DNA of 64,000 bases from the human T2T-CHM13v2.0 reference genome, Homo sapiens. Both the position numbers and the translations under genes were made by a program. Position 1 is the stretch's first letter. Each line of letters begins with the position of its first letter. The DNA is taken from NCBI RefSeq assembly GCF_009914755.1, contig NC_060934.1; one strand, written 5' to 3'. Under the pieces are notes generated by a model. It was not told where the DNA came from. It worked only from the letters and a program-made list of their open reading frames with translations, and made no database searches. Below, piece after piece: positions 20,940 through 41,630 of this stretch.

Positions 20940-21055
20940 TTAAGAAACCTACAGGGGATAGGGCTGGGCGCGGTGGCTCACACCTGTAATCCCAGCACTT
21001 TGGGAGGCTGAGGCGGGTGGATCACAAGGTCAGGAGATCAAGACCATCCTGACTA

Positions 21056-21567
<512 letters not shown>

Positions 21568-22230
21568 TCACTGATGCTCAATTAATAGAATTGCATTTTG
21601 CTTCTCTGCCTCCCTCATCTGACCATCTGACTGTGAAACCCCTGATTACAGGAACCATGTCTGGTCTACTCTGGCGCCATCAGAGCCTACCACAGTGTGT
21701 GGCTCAATACATCTGCTTGCCAAGTGAACACATGACTTATGCAGAGCTCAGCAAGGGGCACAAGAGAGGTTCAGATAACGCTCTTAGGGTGTCTAAGAGG
21801 GGCTGTCCAAGGTATATCTTTTATGTCTGTCAACCAGACTGGAATGCAGTAGTCATGCAAGCTGGAATGCGATCACGGTTCACTGCAGCCTTGACCTCCT
21901 GAGCTCAAGCAATCCTCCCACTTTAGCCTCCCAAGTAGCTGGAACTACAGGCATATGCCACCATGCCCAGCTAATTTTTAAATTTTTTGCAGAGACAAGG
22001 TCTCCTTATGTTGCCCAGACTGGTCTCAATATTCTGGGCTCAAGCAATCCTCCTGCCTCAGCCTCCCAAAGTGTTGGGATTATAGGCGTGAGCTATCTTG
22101 CCTGGACAATAATTTTTGAAGGTTGCAATCAAGGAAAATAACAGAAATGTTGGTCCATCATTTATCCAACCACTATACCATCCTGCCAAGTAGATTGGGC
22201 ATTGTGGCAGAGAAGAGGAGAGGAAAATAG

Positions 22231-22785
<555 letters not shown>

Positions 22786-23629
22786 TGATCCTCCTGCCTT
22801 CGCCTCCCAAAGTTCTGGGATTACAGTCACGGGCCACTGCACCTGGCCTATTATCCACATTTTAAAATGGGGAAACCAAAGCTAGGGAAAGATTCCCAAT
22901 AGCATTAAGTGGGGAGTTATAATTGTAATTTACTCCTCTCCCAATTCCTGTTCTTTATAACCATTTGGTTACCAAGCAATGAAAGCAGCCTAGCTCTCAC
23001 ATCTAGAGTTCACAGGCTGGTTGGGGTGGCAGTAAACAATCCCTGTGGCAATCAGTGCCATCATCCAGGTATGGTCAGGAGCTATGGGAGTCCAGAGCCT
23101 GGCAGACTATAGTCATGTCTGAGAGGCGAGTCAGGGCCAATTTTCAGGTGAGGTGACGTTGGAGCTGAGTGCTACAGCATGAGCTAGAGTTGACCAGGAA
23201 GCTGAGGGTGGCTGTTCAGGCCAAGCAAGGCCACAGCAGCTACAAAGGCACAGGGGCAAGTAAGAACACGATGTGTTTGCTCTAGATGCAGGCAAGACCT
23301 GAGTCACTGATGTGTCGGAAACTGCTGCATCAGTACAGGAAAGAAACCATAAGGGTTGAAACTAAGAATGTGGCAGCGGGGGCAAAGAGGGAAGGACAGA
23401 TTGGAGAAGGTATCGGGGAGGTAGAATGACACGTGAAGGCTAGCGGTTATGAGGGGTGAGCACGGTTGCCGTGTACAGTTGTGAAGTATGTGGACTGCTT
23501 AGTTTCCCAGATGAGGGGTCTGAAATCCAGTCTTCATTGGTGCCTTGTAGAGAAGAAGAGTTGGCCTTTTATTTTATTTTATTTTATTTTATTTATTTAT
23601 TTTTTTTTAGGCGGAGTCTAGCTCTGTAG

Positions 23630-23767
<138 letters not shown>

Positions 23768-24649
23768 TAGTAGAGACAGGGTTTCACTATGTTGGGCAGG
23801 CTGGTCTCCAACTCCTGACCTCAGGTGATCTGCCCACCTCGGCCTCTTAAAGTGCTGGGATTAAAGGCGTGAGCCACCACGCCTGGAGTTGGCCTTTTTC
23901 TCATTCCCCAGTGACACCATAGAGGCATATGATGCGTACAGGTATACGAGGCTCAGAGGCATGGAGGCAATGACACCACAGAGGAAGTGAGAATCAATCG
24001 CTCCCAGGAAGGCAAGATTCCAGAATACGAGTGTGTCTAAAGAAAAGACCATCTCTCAACATCTGAACCAAAAAGCTGCATTTACTACAGTACTTACTTA
24101 AGGGAGGTGGAGCTGGGCCTGTTAGGTGCAATCCCTGTGAGTGGAGCAGGGCACTGATCTTATATAAGGTGCTAGGAGGTTGAAGATCAATGGTGGGCAC
24201 ATATCAAGGGAGGTAGTGTTTAGGGATTGGTTGGCCAACCAGTGTGGCTGTTACCGATTGGCTGGTGTCAGATGTCTGGTCACTGAGGAAAATTGTTCAG
24301 CTGAAGGGAGAGGAATTGTCTTTAAGTGGCTTAAAACTGGTTATGGTGGTGACTTGTTGCCATGGCAGCAGAACAGTCTTTCCTGTGGGTATGAGCTTTT
24401 TTTTCCCCCTCAAGTGACTGTAGCTCAAAACATTCACTCTCAGAGGTTGTTTTCTTTTATAAAGGACCATGTTGGCTCTGGGGAGGGAAGTTCACAGGCT
24501 GGCTAGGGTCAGAATACTTGCCTGGCCCAGGTATTCAAAGGTCCAGTTTGTCACCTCTCCAAGATCCTGTGGCTGAGGTGTTTCCAACACAGGGAATCAG
24601 GGAAGTTAGTTGCATTGTAAGGAACATACCTAATCAGAAATGGGACCTA

Positions 24650-24766
<117 letters not shown>

Positions 24767-24845
24767 TTAAAAAAATAAAAAAGCCCGGGCGCGGTGGCTC
24801 ACGCCTGTAATCCAAGCACTTTGGGAGGCCGAGGCTGGTGGATCA

Positions 24846-25061
<216 letters not shown>

Positions 25062-25655
25062 CTAAAAAAAAAAAAATTAGCGGGGTGTGATGGCACATGT
25101 TTGTAGTCTCAGCTACTTGGGAGACTGAGATGGGAGGATTGAGCTCAAGAGTTTGAGCTCAGGCTGCGGTGAGTCATGATCACACCACTGCACTCCCACC
25201 CACAAGACACAGTGAGACCTTATCTCAAAAAAAAAAAAAAAAAATCAGAAATGAGACCTAGGATCCCGGACTCCCAGTCACTTCTTCCGTAAAGGAGAAG
25301 ATGAGGTGCTGGTGGGCAGTGTGGTGCAGCTGGCCAGACCTTACAGCCAGCTTTTGCCCCTGCCTTCTCCACAGAAGCCTCTCCTTGGTCTCTCCTTTAT
25401 GTCTCTCCTTGGGCTTAGTGGGAACCACATGTGTTTGCCCAACCACAACCCTAAGAACCATCCCTGGAGCTGCCATGGGAGGTTCTGAGCTCTGTCAGGA
25501 CTAGGGTAAAAGCAGACGGATGCTTTTCTGCAGCTCAGTGGCCACTTAGATCCACCAGAGCTACCCGCCCACTTCACTCCCATTGAGCAAAGGCTTCTGG
25601 TAGGTAGGCTCGGGTGGGTTTGTTTTTTAAAATAATTGTTTAAAACTTTTGGTCA

Positions 25656-25787
<132 letters not shown>

Positions 25788-25790
25788 CTA

Positions 25791-25964
<174 letters not shown>

Positions 25965-26121
25965 TCAGTGGTTTTTGGTATCTTCACAGATGTGTGCAAC
26001 ATCACCACAGTCAACTTTAAAACATTTTTTGGCACCTCAAAAAGAAACCCCACACCCTGTATTTATCACCCCCAACCCTGCCAGCCCCTGGCAATCACTA
26101 ATCTACTTTCTGTCTCTATAG

Positions 26122-26454
<333 letters not shown>

Positions 26455-26659
26455 TGATCCGCTCACCTCGGCCTCCCAAAGTGCTGGGATTACAGGCGTG
26501 AGCTACCGCGCCTGGCCTATCTTTTTCTTTTCTTTTTTTTTTTTTTTTAGAAACAGGGTCTCACTGTGTTGCCCAGACTGGTCTTGAACTCCTGGACTCA
26601 AGTGATCCACCTGCCTCAGCCTCCCAAAGTGCTAAGATTACAGGCATAAGCCACCATAC

Positions 26660-27024
26660 CCAGGGAAGAGAGCTGATTGGCTGAGGGCCCCTCCTAGCAT
26701 TCAGATGCTGTGCTGCCCATGGGCTGCATCCAGTCATGACTTAGCATCCCTGTATCAAGGATGTGAAGGCAGGCTGGTCCTGGGAGCCTGAGGACCCCTC
26801 TGAAGAAGGGTAACTTCGGCTGGAGTAGCCCCCAACAGGCTTGCTGAATTTTCCCCAGAATTGCATTTGCAATCTAAGACGACGCTGCCACCCACCAAAC
26901 CTTCCTTCCTCCTTCCCTTACGCAGCATCACACCTGTGCTCCCAGCCCCATTTCCTGTCACAGACACTTCTAATATATTTCCTGCACATCCTGTCTTGGC
27001 AACTGCTTCTAGGAGATCCTGGAC
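26660..27024 (+). mobile_element. Ancient LTR16-like element, host of the HERV-K LTR
   Basis: 3' end tgcttctaggagatcctggac continues as taacaca after the LTR5 insertion, an LTR16-type terminus. Confidence 0.55.
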
Positions 27025-28297
<1,273 letters not shown>

Positions 28298-28879
28298 CTG
28301 GACTAACACACTGCTAATCTCCCAACAATTCACTAAACTTGATGCAAATCAATCCCAAATAACTAAGTTTCTGCCAGCTTTTTTTTTTAAATTTTTTTAG
28401 AGACAGGGTCTCACTTTATTGCCCAGGCTGGAGTACAGTGGCTATTCACACGTGTGATCATAGCATATTGCAGCCTCAAACTCCTGGCCTCAAGCCATCC
28501 TCCTGCTTTAGCCTCCTGAGTAGCTGGGACTACAGGCACGTGCCTCCTGTGCCCAGGACGTCAGCTTGTTTTGAATGTACAATTTTGAGGTCAGGCTCAG
28601 TGGCTCACACAGTGCTTTGGAAGGCCAAGGCAGGAGGATCGCTTGAGGTCAGGAGTTTAAAACTGGCTTGTGCAACCCAGGGAGACCTTGTCTCAAAAAA
28701 AAAAATGTGATCCAAGATTAATATAGACTGAGAAATCAGTTTTATGTGAATGAAAGCAGAAGGGTCAAAATGTGCTTATTGCCCTGGTTTGAGCATTTTA
28801 CCATTACAGTTTTCACACAGGGTCTAGTGGCAGAGGGCTTGACGCACACCAGGTGGTTTTGAGAGTGCCATAAATTTAA

Positions 28880-29170
<291 letters not shown>

Positions 29171-29727
29171 TAGCCAGGATGGTCTCGATCTCCTGACCTC
29201 ATGATCTGCCCGCCTCGGCCTCCCAAAGTGCTGGGATTACAGGCGTGAGCCACAGCGCCTGGCCTGGGAAGTCCTTGAGGAAGCCGCAGGCTGCCGGAGA
29301 GCCCTCCTCTTTCTTTTCCGGCAGCACCAGCTCCAGCTCTGTTTACCTGCAGATGGCGACTGCATTTCGGGCGGGGGCAGTCAAAGTCCCTGAAGCACTG
29401 CTTTCTCTCCTAGAACCTGAGTCTTGAGGCATCATCTGGGCTCATGCCCTCTCTGAAACATAAATCCTGTCCTCCACAGACACCAGCTGAGCCGGGAGAT
29501 CTGAACATCAGGCAATGAGTTTGCAAGATGGTTTAACAACTATGAACATGTGGTGTCCTCACAGGAATCCTGTGGGCTGAACAGCAGCCGCCCCTCCTTC
29601 CACCCAGCACAAAACTTGGTTTGCCCCGCTCACTCTAAATCTGGGCCTTCAATGAATGTTCAGTGGAGTTCTTCTGTGGAAAAAAATAAATGGGAAAGGA
29701 AGGCTGGAGAGGCCTTTATTAGCCTAA

Positions 29728-30015
<288 letters not shown>

Positions 30016-30813
30016 TAGACACAGGTTTTCGCCACGTTGCCCAGGCTGGTCTCAAACTCCTGGGCTCAACTGATCCCCTTGCCAGGGCTTCTCAAAGTGC
30101 TGGGATCATAGGCATGAGCCGCCATGCCTAACCCTTATCTGAGTTTTTGTAACAGTTTGACCAACAAGCTTGTTGTTGGAAAGCTGTAAGAGTCCTGGAA
30201 ATTTCCCTGGGGCCTGAGGAATCAAACACTGCTCTACAAGGGGAGGCTTTCTGTCCTGAGAGTTCAGGCTTTAGGGGCTGGCTGGAGGCCTCAGGCAGAG
30301 ATGAAGGCCCAGTTATGATTTCCTTCACTGGAGTCCATCATTAATGAGCGCCTTGGCTGGGGGGATGCCTGCTAAGAGGGCATGGAGTACAGATCCTCCA
30401 CTGACACCCCCACACTCCTAGCAGCAAGCAGGACTTAGTGGCCCCACTTACTCCCTACAGGGTAGGAAAAGACGGCAGTGCCCTGGTGAGGAGCTGTATA
30501 GGGGGTCCTTCAGGATGCTTGCTGGGAGGGGTGGGGAGGGCACAGGACGTGCTGGGACCCCACTGGGATCTAAGCCCCTCCCAGCTGATTTATTCTTAGG
30601 ATCTGTAATGCTCGCCTGCATGTGCCCCGAACTTCAGAAGGCCCAAGAATCAACCCTGACAAATGTCTTTTTGTCCTGTATTCAGTAGAGATAAGATTAA
30701 AAAAAAAAATTAGTAGAGGGCAAAAAACAGTGGTTTACTCTCTTTACTGGCATTCAAGAAACTTCTTCGGTTTGATAGGCTTTAAGCTTCTTCCCAGATT
30801 CAAAATGCTGTGA

Positions 30814-31176
<363 letters not shown>

Positions 31177-31372
31177 TGAACTTCTGGGCTCAAGCCATCC
31201 TCTCACTTCAGCCTCTCAAAGTGCTGGGATTGTAGGCTTGAGCCACTGTGCCCTGCCTGCCTTTCTGTTCTGATGCAGGAAGCCCTGACTTTGGAGTCCT
31301 TCCCTGTGGATCACCTCTGATAAATCTAGTCTCTTGTTCATCTGCTCTTTTATTTATTAAAAAAACTTTTTA

Positions 31373-31485
31373 AAAAGACTAGTAAAGTGCAGTAGTGAGA
31401 AGGTGGGAAAGGGTAGAACAAGGAGCTCGATCTGTAACTGACTGTGAACAATCAGTTGAGATAACTCACTACCTTTGGACCAGCC
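31373..31485 (-). pseudogene. Full-length Y1 RNA (RNY1-derived) retrocopy
   Basis: Minus strand GGCTGGTCCAAAGGTAGTGAGTTATCTCAACTGATTGTTCACAGTCAGTTACAGATCG...ACTAGTCTTTT, about 6 differences from hY1 as recalled; A-rich tail; 14-bp TSD tcatctgc(t/c)ctttt at 31338-31351 and 31486-31499. Confidence 0.93.
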
Positions 31486-31820
31486 TCATCTGCCCTTTTG
31501 AATGGTTCCTCTCAGTTTTTTCATCTGTAAAATGTGAATCGTGCGTGGCAGGAGGTGAGTGGGGATTTGTAGTGGAGAATTCTCAAGGTCTCTCCCAGCT
31601 CTGACACTTGGGGACTCAGGGAGTCTACCAAGGGCAAAGGCATCATCCTAAGTGCAGGTTCGTGTGTGGGGGTGTATGAAACAGTTAAGATGAAGTGCCC
31701 ATCCTCAAGGAGTTTGCAGTTGAGTAGCTCAGTGGCATGCATAATAAATCTCAGGTAGGCCCGGTGTGGTGGCTCATGCCTGAAATCCCAGCACTTTGGG
31801 AGGCCGAGGTGGGTGGATCA

Positions 31821-32294
<474 letters not shown>

Positions 32295-32340
32295 CTACCA
32301 GGCAACCACACTCACACTTTCTGAATTGGTGCCTCATTAA

Positions 32341-33066
<726 letters not shown>

Positions 33067-34616
33067 TCATGACTAGTTGTTTCCATTCATCATCTCATCT
33101 ATTTCTCATCTAAAGGCTTTGCTTAGGTGGGTATGAATATGATTACAGACAGGAAAACAGGATGAGAAGTTGAGTGACTCATGGCAGGCCCCAGAGCTAA
33201 CCAGAAACAGGAATATTTGAACTTGAGTTTCCGAGAGCATCTTCTTCCTACTCACATTTCTTACTCATTGCAGAAATGAGAGAACCCAGTGAGGAGACGA
33301 GGTGACAAGGGCACAGAATCTTGAATGTCTTGAGAGCAGGAGGAGGAGAAGAAAACACGGTAGGAGTCAGGCTAGGAGTGTGGATTTGGGCCAAGGCAGG
33401 ACAAAAAGCCAAGGTTAAGGCTGAAAAAGCTCTCCCTGGGAGTGCCTGAACAACAGATTAGGATGACTGGACAGCAGGAAAGATCAGAGGGAGAACCACC
33501 TATGAGACAGGCTCCTCAGCGAAACTCCCATGGGGTGACGCCTCTGGGGCTTGAACCACGAGCCCTTTGAGGGCATTCTAGCTTGGCAGCTCTGGGGTCC
33601 TGTGAGTTCTGGTGCAGCTTCTAGAGCTGCACCTCATCCCAGTCACCTCTCCAGTTACTAAATTCCATCTTCTCCCAGCTACAAAGGAGGGAAGCAGTGG
33701 AGTGCTGTGGTGACAGTGCAGACTAGGCCACTGGGTGGCCTGGGTTTGAGTCCCGGTTTCTCCTCCACTTCCTAGCCGTGACTTTGCACAACAATTCCTC
33801 TGGTCCCTGGTTTCCTCATCTGTGGAACGGAGCTATAATAGTTCTTACATAAGGATGGGCATGGTGGCTCACGCCTATAATCCCAGCACTTTGGGAGGCT
33901 GAGGCGGGCAGATCACCTAAGGTCCGGAGTTTGAGACCAGCCTGACCAACATGGAGAAACCCCGTGTCTACTAAAAATACAAAATTAGCCAGGCGTGGTG
34001 GCACATGCTTGTAATCCCAGCTCCTCGGGAGGCTGGGGCAGAAGAATTGCTTGAACCCAGGAGGCGGAGGTTGTGGTGAGCCAAGATTGCGCCATTGCTC
34101 TCCAGCCTGGGCAACCAGAGCGAAACTCCATCTCAAAAAAAAAAAAAAATTCTTACATAATATGAATTGCTGGGGTTGAAATTATACATTAAAAGGCTAG
34201 TTGCACTAAACCCTCACAAATAGGAGCTATTATGATTATGCAGCTGCAAACCTCTCGTGTTTTGGTTCACGTTGTTCCCAAAGTGCCTTTTCTCTGCCTC
34301 TCAAATCCTTCCCACACTTCAAAGTCAACAAATGCCAAAAATACAACAAAAATGTGGAGGCCATAGACAATAGTGGAGAAAGAGTATGGTCTTGGGAGCC
34401 AGCAGCCTGGGCTTGAATCCTGATTTCTGTCACCTTGGGCAAATTTCCTCATCTGCAAGTGGGAAAAGATAGAACCTGCCTCAGAGGGTCATTGTGGAGA
34501 TACGAGGATTGAGTGAGTTAATATTTGCAAAGCACTCAGAACACTAACTGGCATGCAGTAGGTGCTTTACTGGTACATGATCGCCGCTCACTGCAACCTC
34601 TGCCTCTCAGGTTTAA

Positions 34617-34880
<264 letters not shown>

Positions 34881-35208
34881 TGAGTCTAGTCCACTGCCTG
34901 GCTCATGTTTGGTGCTCATTAAAGTGTCTAGATTGAAATCAACCAGGAGATTGGCCTGCCACAGTGGCTCACACCTGTCATTCCAGTGTTGCTGTGAAGT
35001 TGCTGCAGGAGGACTGCTTGAGGCCAGGAGTTTGAGACCAGCCCGGTCAACATAGTGAGATCTGTCTCTACAGAAAAAAAAAAAAAAAAAAAAAAAATTA
35101 GCCAGGCCTGGTGGCATGCCTGTAGTCCCAGCTATTCAAGAGGCTGAAGCAGGAGGATCACTTGAGTCTAGGATTTCAAGGCTGCTGCAGTGAGCTATGA
35201 TCATGCTA

Positions 35209-35676
<468 letters not shown>

Positions 35677-36082
35677 TTAACGTGTGTGAAAGATTGTAGA
35701 CAGAGACGGGATAAAGAGCCCCGCGCTGGAAAAAGAGCAGGCTTTGGAACCAGCAGGGTCACGGGCAGTTTCCTTACGTGTAAACTAGGAGTAAAAAGAT
35801 CAGTGTCCTGCTGAAATGAGAGAGTAATAGTAAAAACTACTATTTACCGAGCACTTCCAGGTACCCGGTATTTATGATCACATTTTACAGATGAGGCTGA
35901 GAGGTTTCCCGACCTGCCCAAAGACACAAAGCAAGTAGAATGTACGAGTGAAGACTCGAACACAGGTCCGTGAATCAATCTCTGCGTGGGGATGGGAGCG
36001 GTTCCAGTGATAAGGGCCACTTAATCTGGCCGAGCTGCTCCGGAGCAGCGCGGCAGCCAGCGAATTGGGGCCGCCCCCACAA

Positions 36083-36195
36083 CCCGCCGCCCGCCGCCCG
36101 CCGCCCGCCGCCCGCCGCCCTCCGCCCTCCGCCCTCCGCCCTCCGCCCTCCGCCCTCCGCCCTCCGCCCTCCGCCCTCCGCCCTCCGCCCTCCGC
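36083..36195 (+). repeat. Heptamer tandem repeat (CCGCCCG)4(CCGCCCT)11
   Basis: Counted directly: 4 units at 36087-36114, 11 units at 36115-36191, partial units on both flanks. Confidence 0.95.
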
Positions 36196-36455
36196 GTGCT
36201 TACGTGCGCTCCGTGACTGCGGCGACCGACGCGGGACTGGAGAGGGAGGACGCATGCGCTCTGCCGTGCCGAAGCGCGCCCCCTCCTGTCGGGGGCCGCA
36301 GCGCCAGGATGCAGCGCATGCGCACACCTGGAGGGCGGAGAGCGGTCCAGAGCGAGTGGAAAGATTTGGGCGAGAACTTGCGCGGGAGCCGGACTGAGCG
36401 GTGCGAGCGCGCAGGCGCGGCCGACGGGGCGGGCTGCTACTCCGGAATCTGCTAA

Positions 36456-36740
<285 letters not shown>

Positions 36741-37051
36741 TAACAGTTTAGTGTGTAGTTGAGAAGATGAGTGCAGAGGGTAGAGTCTACTTGTTCAAGG
36801 TCACGCCGTGGAGCATGAGGGGCTGTGCCAGGGGGAGGACCCAGGGCGGTCGCCCCGCAACCCTTTGCGCTCCCCACGACACCACTTCGCAGTTTTCCCT
36901 TTCTAGTCTGAACATTTAATATGTCGGGGACAGGCCGGGCGTGGTGGCTCACGCCTGTAATCCCAGCATGTGGGGAGGCCGAGGCGGGTGGATCACTTGC
37001 GGTCAGGATGTTCGAGACCAGCCTTATCAACGTGGTGAAACCCCGTCTCTA

Positions 37052-37255
<204 letters not shown>

Positions 37256-39249
37256 CTAATGGAACCATCTATGGCGGCCAGGTCTTTTTCAGGTTCCCTT
37301 AGCGCCAGAAGCGGTTGGTACAGTCTGGTGCTCCTGGAGGACGCCCTGTGCCTTAAAGCAGCTGTAACCAAGGCCTCTCAAGAGGCGGCTACGGATCCTA
37401 GCGGATCGACACGCCACACAGCCTCGTCCCCAGCAGTAGGTGGAGGCCCTGGGGGTGCCTAACAAGCCTCAGAACACCAAGAAATCCGCGTGGTTGTGCA
37501 GGTCTTTGCTGTTCAGTAGCATTCCACAAATAGTGTGTCCAAAACGCATCTGTAGATGTAACTTGAGTGAATGAATGAATGATTCGAGTTGCTCCTTCTA
37601 CCCAATAAAGTAGATAAGATTTTATCTTTCTCATCTTTCCAAGGCCCCTTTATAGTTGGGAAAAGTGAGTATTTGGAAAGATGACTTGTCCAAGGTCATA
37701 TCTGATTCCTAGTCCAGTGTCCTCGCCCTAGTCCTGGGTGAAGTAACAGGTAGGTGTGAGGAACTGGTAGGCTTTTGGCTAAGGACGCTGGGCAAAGGTG
37801 GAAGTGGCTGTGAGATAATGCTTGCCTATCCAGGCTTGCTCCCGCCCCAGTCTGCTCTTTGTGGTGTTGGAATGCTAATAAGGAAGCATTCCCTGCTGCC
37901 GGCACGGCCAAGAATCCCTGGACTGAAGAGGTGCTTCCGCTGATGATAGGGGCAGATCCTCCTTTGCTCCCTTCTAACCTCTGGACAAAGAAGCAGCCAT
38001 TCACAAGGGTCATTGATGAGGCACAGGTATTTGGCCTCAGATTGCTCTCCTAGCTTCTTGCCTTCACTGTACCATCCTTCTCAAATGAAGCAAAACGCAG
38101 GACAGTCTGGTAAATGTAAACCTCTGCGGGGTGGGGTGGGCAGGGGAGTGATTGTTTGAGATGGCCTGGTGTGACCTCATCTTTTAGGAGAGGCTGGGAA
38201 ATGGAAAGTGCTGGTAAAGGAGGCCATTTTCTTTAGCTCTGTGGCAGGAAGAACTGTATCAGTCCGTGGTAGTTTCCCAATGACTAGTCCACGTTAAACC
38301 ATGTTGTCTCTGTTTGAGACTAATCAAATAGTTAAACTTGTAATCTCTGTAAAATAACAGATCCTATTTCAGTTTTAAAATAAATGTTAGCATTAAATTA
38401 AAAATTTAACAGTATAGAAAATTAAAAGATTTAACGGTTTAAAAGGTCGAATACATATATATAAATAATTCCTCAGTGCTTTAAGTGATAGGGTTTGTAC
38501 AGCCTTGAATCTGATTTCTGGAGAAAGCTAGTGAGAACTGAGTTTCCCCATGCATCCTTACTGCTAAGAGAGGGATGGCCTGGGGGAGGATGGAGTCCAC
38601 ACCACACTGTCCACTCCTACCCCTGTGAGTGCCCCTGGCTATGTTTTAGTTTGATGGGCAAGTTAAAGGAAGAGGCTTTATTCTCTGATTCTTCAGGTTC
38701 TCTGTTAAGAATCCTAAGCGGAACTTCTTTTCTCCTTGAGGACCTATTTATGTGTCCAAAGTGAGCCGCCTCATTGCAAGTGGAAATAATTGCAGTGAAA
38801 CAGCCTGAAGCTCCCCAGCTGAGGCTTGCACTGTGGGTATTCACTTCCGGGTGTCTCAGCCTTTTGTTGGGGAGCCATTCCTTTCCTTACAGTTAGGAAG
38901 GCGACAGTGAGTGAGTCTACTAGGACTTGTCTGGCGGCTCAGTGATGAGACCTGTTTTTTCTCTTGTGGGTGGTGTGAGTTTTCCTGGTGATTAGTTCTC
39001 CCCAGCCCTCACTCAGTAAGAATGAGTTCTTCTTGGCCTCATTCTCATTTGAATGACTGGCAGAAAAATTCACTTCATGTTTTATTAATTACTGTTGCTA
39101 ACCCCAATATGAAGCAATATCCAGGCAAGTTTGTGCTGAATTTCTAAGAGGGCCTTCTAGCCTAATGGAGAAAAACAGGAATGTTTTCTTGGTCATCAAG
39201 GAAAGGGCTATCTCCCCATTATGGTGGGAGGGTGAATAATCTTTAATGA

Positions 39250-39522
<273 letters not shown>

Positions 39523-40553
39523 TGATCTGCCCACCTCGGCCTCCCAAAGTGCTGGGATTACAGACGTGAGCCACCGTGCCGGGCCAAGACTGATTTCTTG
39601 GAACCTATTCATTGGGCCAACATAACTCTTGCCACAATAACTACTGTGTATGGAAGACAGATTCATTGATGAATCAGATAGTGCACAGCACTGGGTCTTT
39701 CTTTAGTGAGTGGCTTCTCCTAAACTTGGTTTAACATTTAAGTAGGTATACTCTGAGGGTACTTGGTATTAGGCTGGAACTTTGTGACTACAGTAGAGAG
39801 AAACCATGGATTAGAGTTTGTGATGTGATTTCCATACTCCACAGTGAATACAATTTCATACAATGGACAAATACAATTGCAAACAAATACAAAAACAAAA
39901 TAAAATTTCATACAACAAACTGAAGTTTTATCAGTACAGGAAGAGCTCTTCCTGTGTCCTGATTGGGATTTAAATCCTAATTTTCTTACTTCAGAGTTCT
40001 AGTAAAATATCTTTTATAAGTGACAATTCCCAGTCTGGGCAACATGGTGAAACCTTGTCTCTACTAAAAATACAAAAATTAGCTGGATATGGTGGCGTGC
40101 GCCTGTATCCTCAGCTTACTTGGGAGGCTGAGGAGAAGAATTGCTTGAACCCGGGAGGCGGAGGTTGCAGTGAGCCGAGACCACGCCACTGCACTCCAGC
40201 CTGGGTGACAGTGAGACTCCGTCTCAAAAAAAAAAAAAAAAAAAGAAAAGAAAAAGTGACAGTTCTAACTGAAATGCAAACATCAGGATCCTTGGGAATT
40301 AGGAAAATGGGGATAGCTAGAGATGGTGGTGAAAAGTTGGATTCTGGAGTCCCACAGCATGGGTTTTAATCTAGGTTTTAACCCACATAATAGCTGTGAC
40401 CTTGGATAGAGTGCAAGGATAAACAAAACAGTTGGCCAAATATTTTCTTTTTTGGCCAAATATTGTCATTTGGACTACTTGTACAGGAGATTGATACTGA
40501 AGAACATTTTGGCTCAGAGTAGACCTGGTTAGCTTATCACTTTGAACTTCTGA

Positions 40554-40883
<330 letters not shown>

Positions 40884-41136
40884 TAGTAGTGTCTGCCTAA
40901 TCTCACTGAACTTACAATTCATGATAAAATAGTTAATTGTAATCCTTCCTTCTCCAGTGAATGACCTTCACTTACTAGAAGATATGGTTGATAGTTTACT
41001 ATCTCCTTTTTTGTGTTTCCATAGTCAGATTTTATAAAACCCTGTGAATGTGAATGGGCCAAAATCGATACATCATGAAGTCTTTTAACAGATGTAACTC
41101 TTAATAAGTGGTGAACTTGGATTCTTTATTGCTTAG

Positions 41137-41418
<282 letters not shown>

Positions 41419-41474
41419 TAACAGCTTTAGAGATGGTCTAGATTGACTTCTAGTGAAAAAACACCCTCAACCCT

Positions 41475-41630
41475 TGTTTCTCAAAATGTGATCTGCAGAA
41501 TAGTGACAGCTGGACCCCCTGGGAGCTTGTTATACATGCAGAACCTCAGGTCTCACTCCAGACCTGTTTCAGAATCGGCATCTATTCCCCAGGTGATTTG
41601 GATACACATTAAAGATTGAGAAGCTCACCT
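41475..41630. mobile_element. MER5A-like hAT fossil in PGAM1 intron 3
   Basis: tttctcaaaatgtg...cctgggagcttgtta...tccccaggtgatt...ttgagaag. Confidence 0.7.

Noticed and set aside
40432-40464. 13-bp direct repeat ttggccaaatatt
   Set aside because: Short local duplication with no supporting context.
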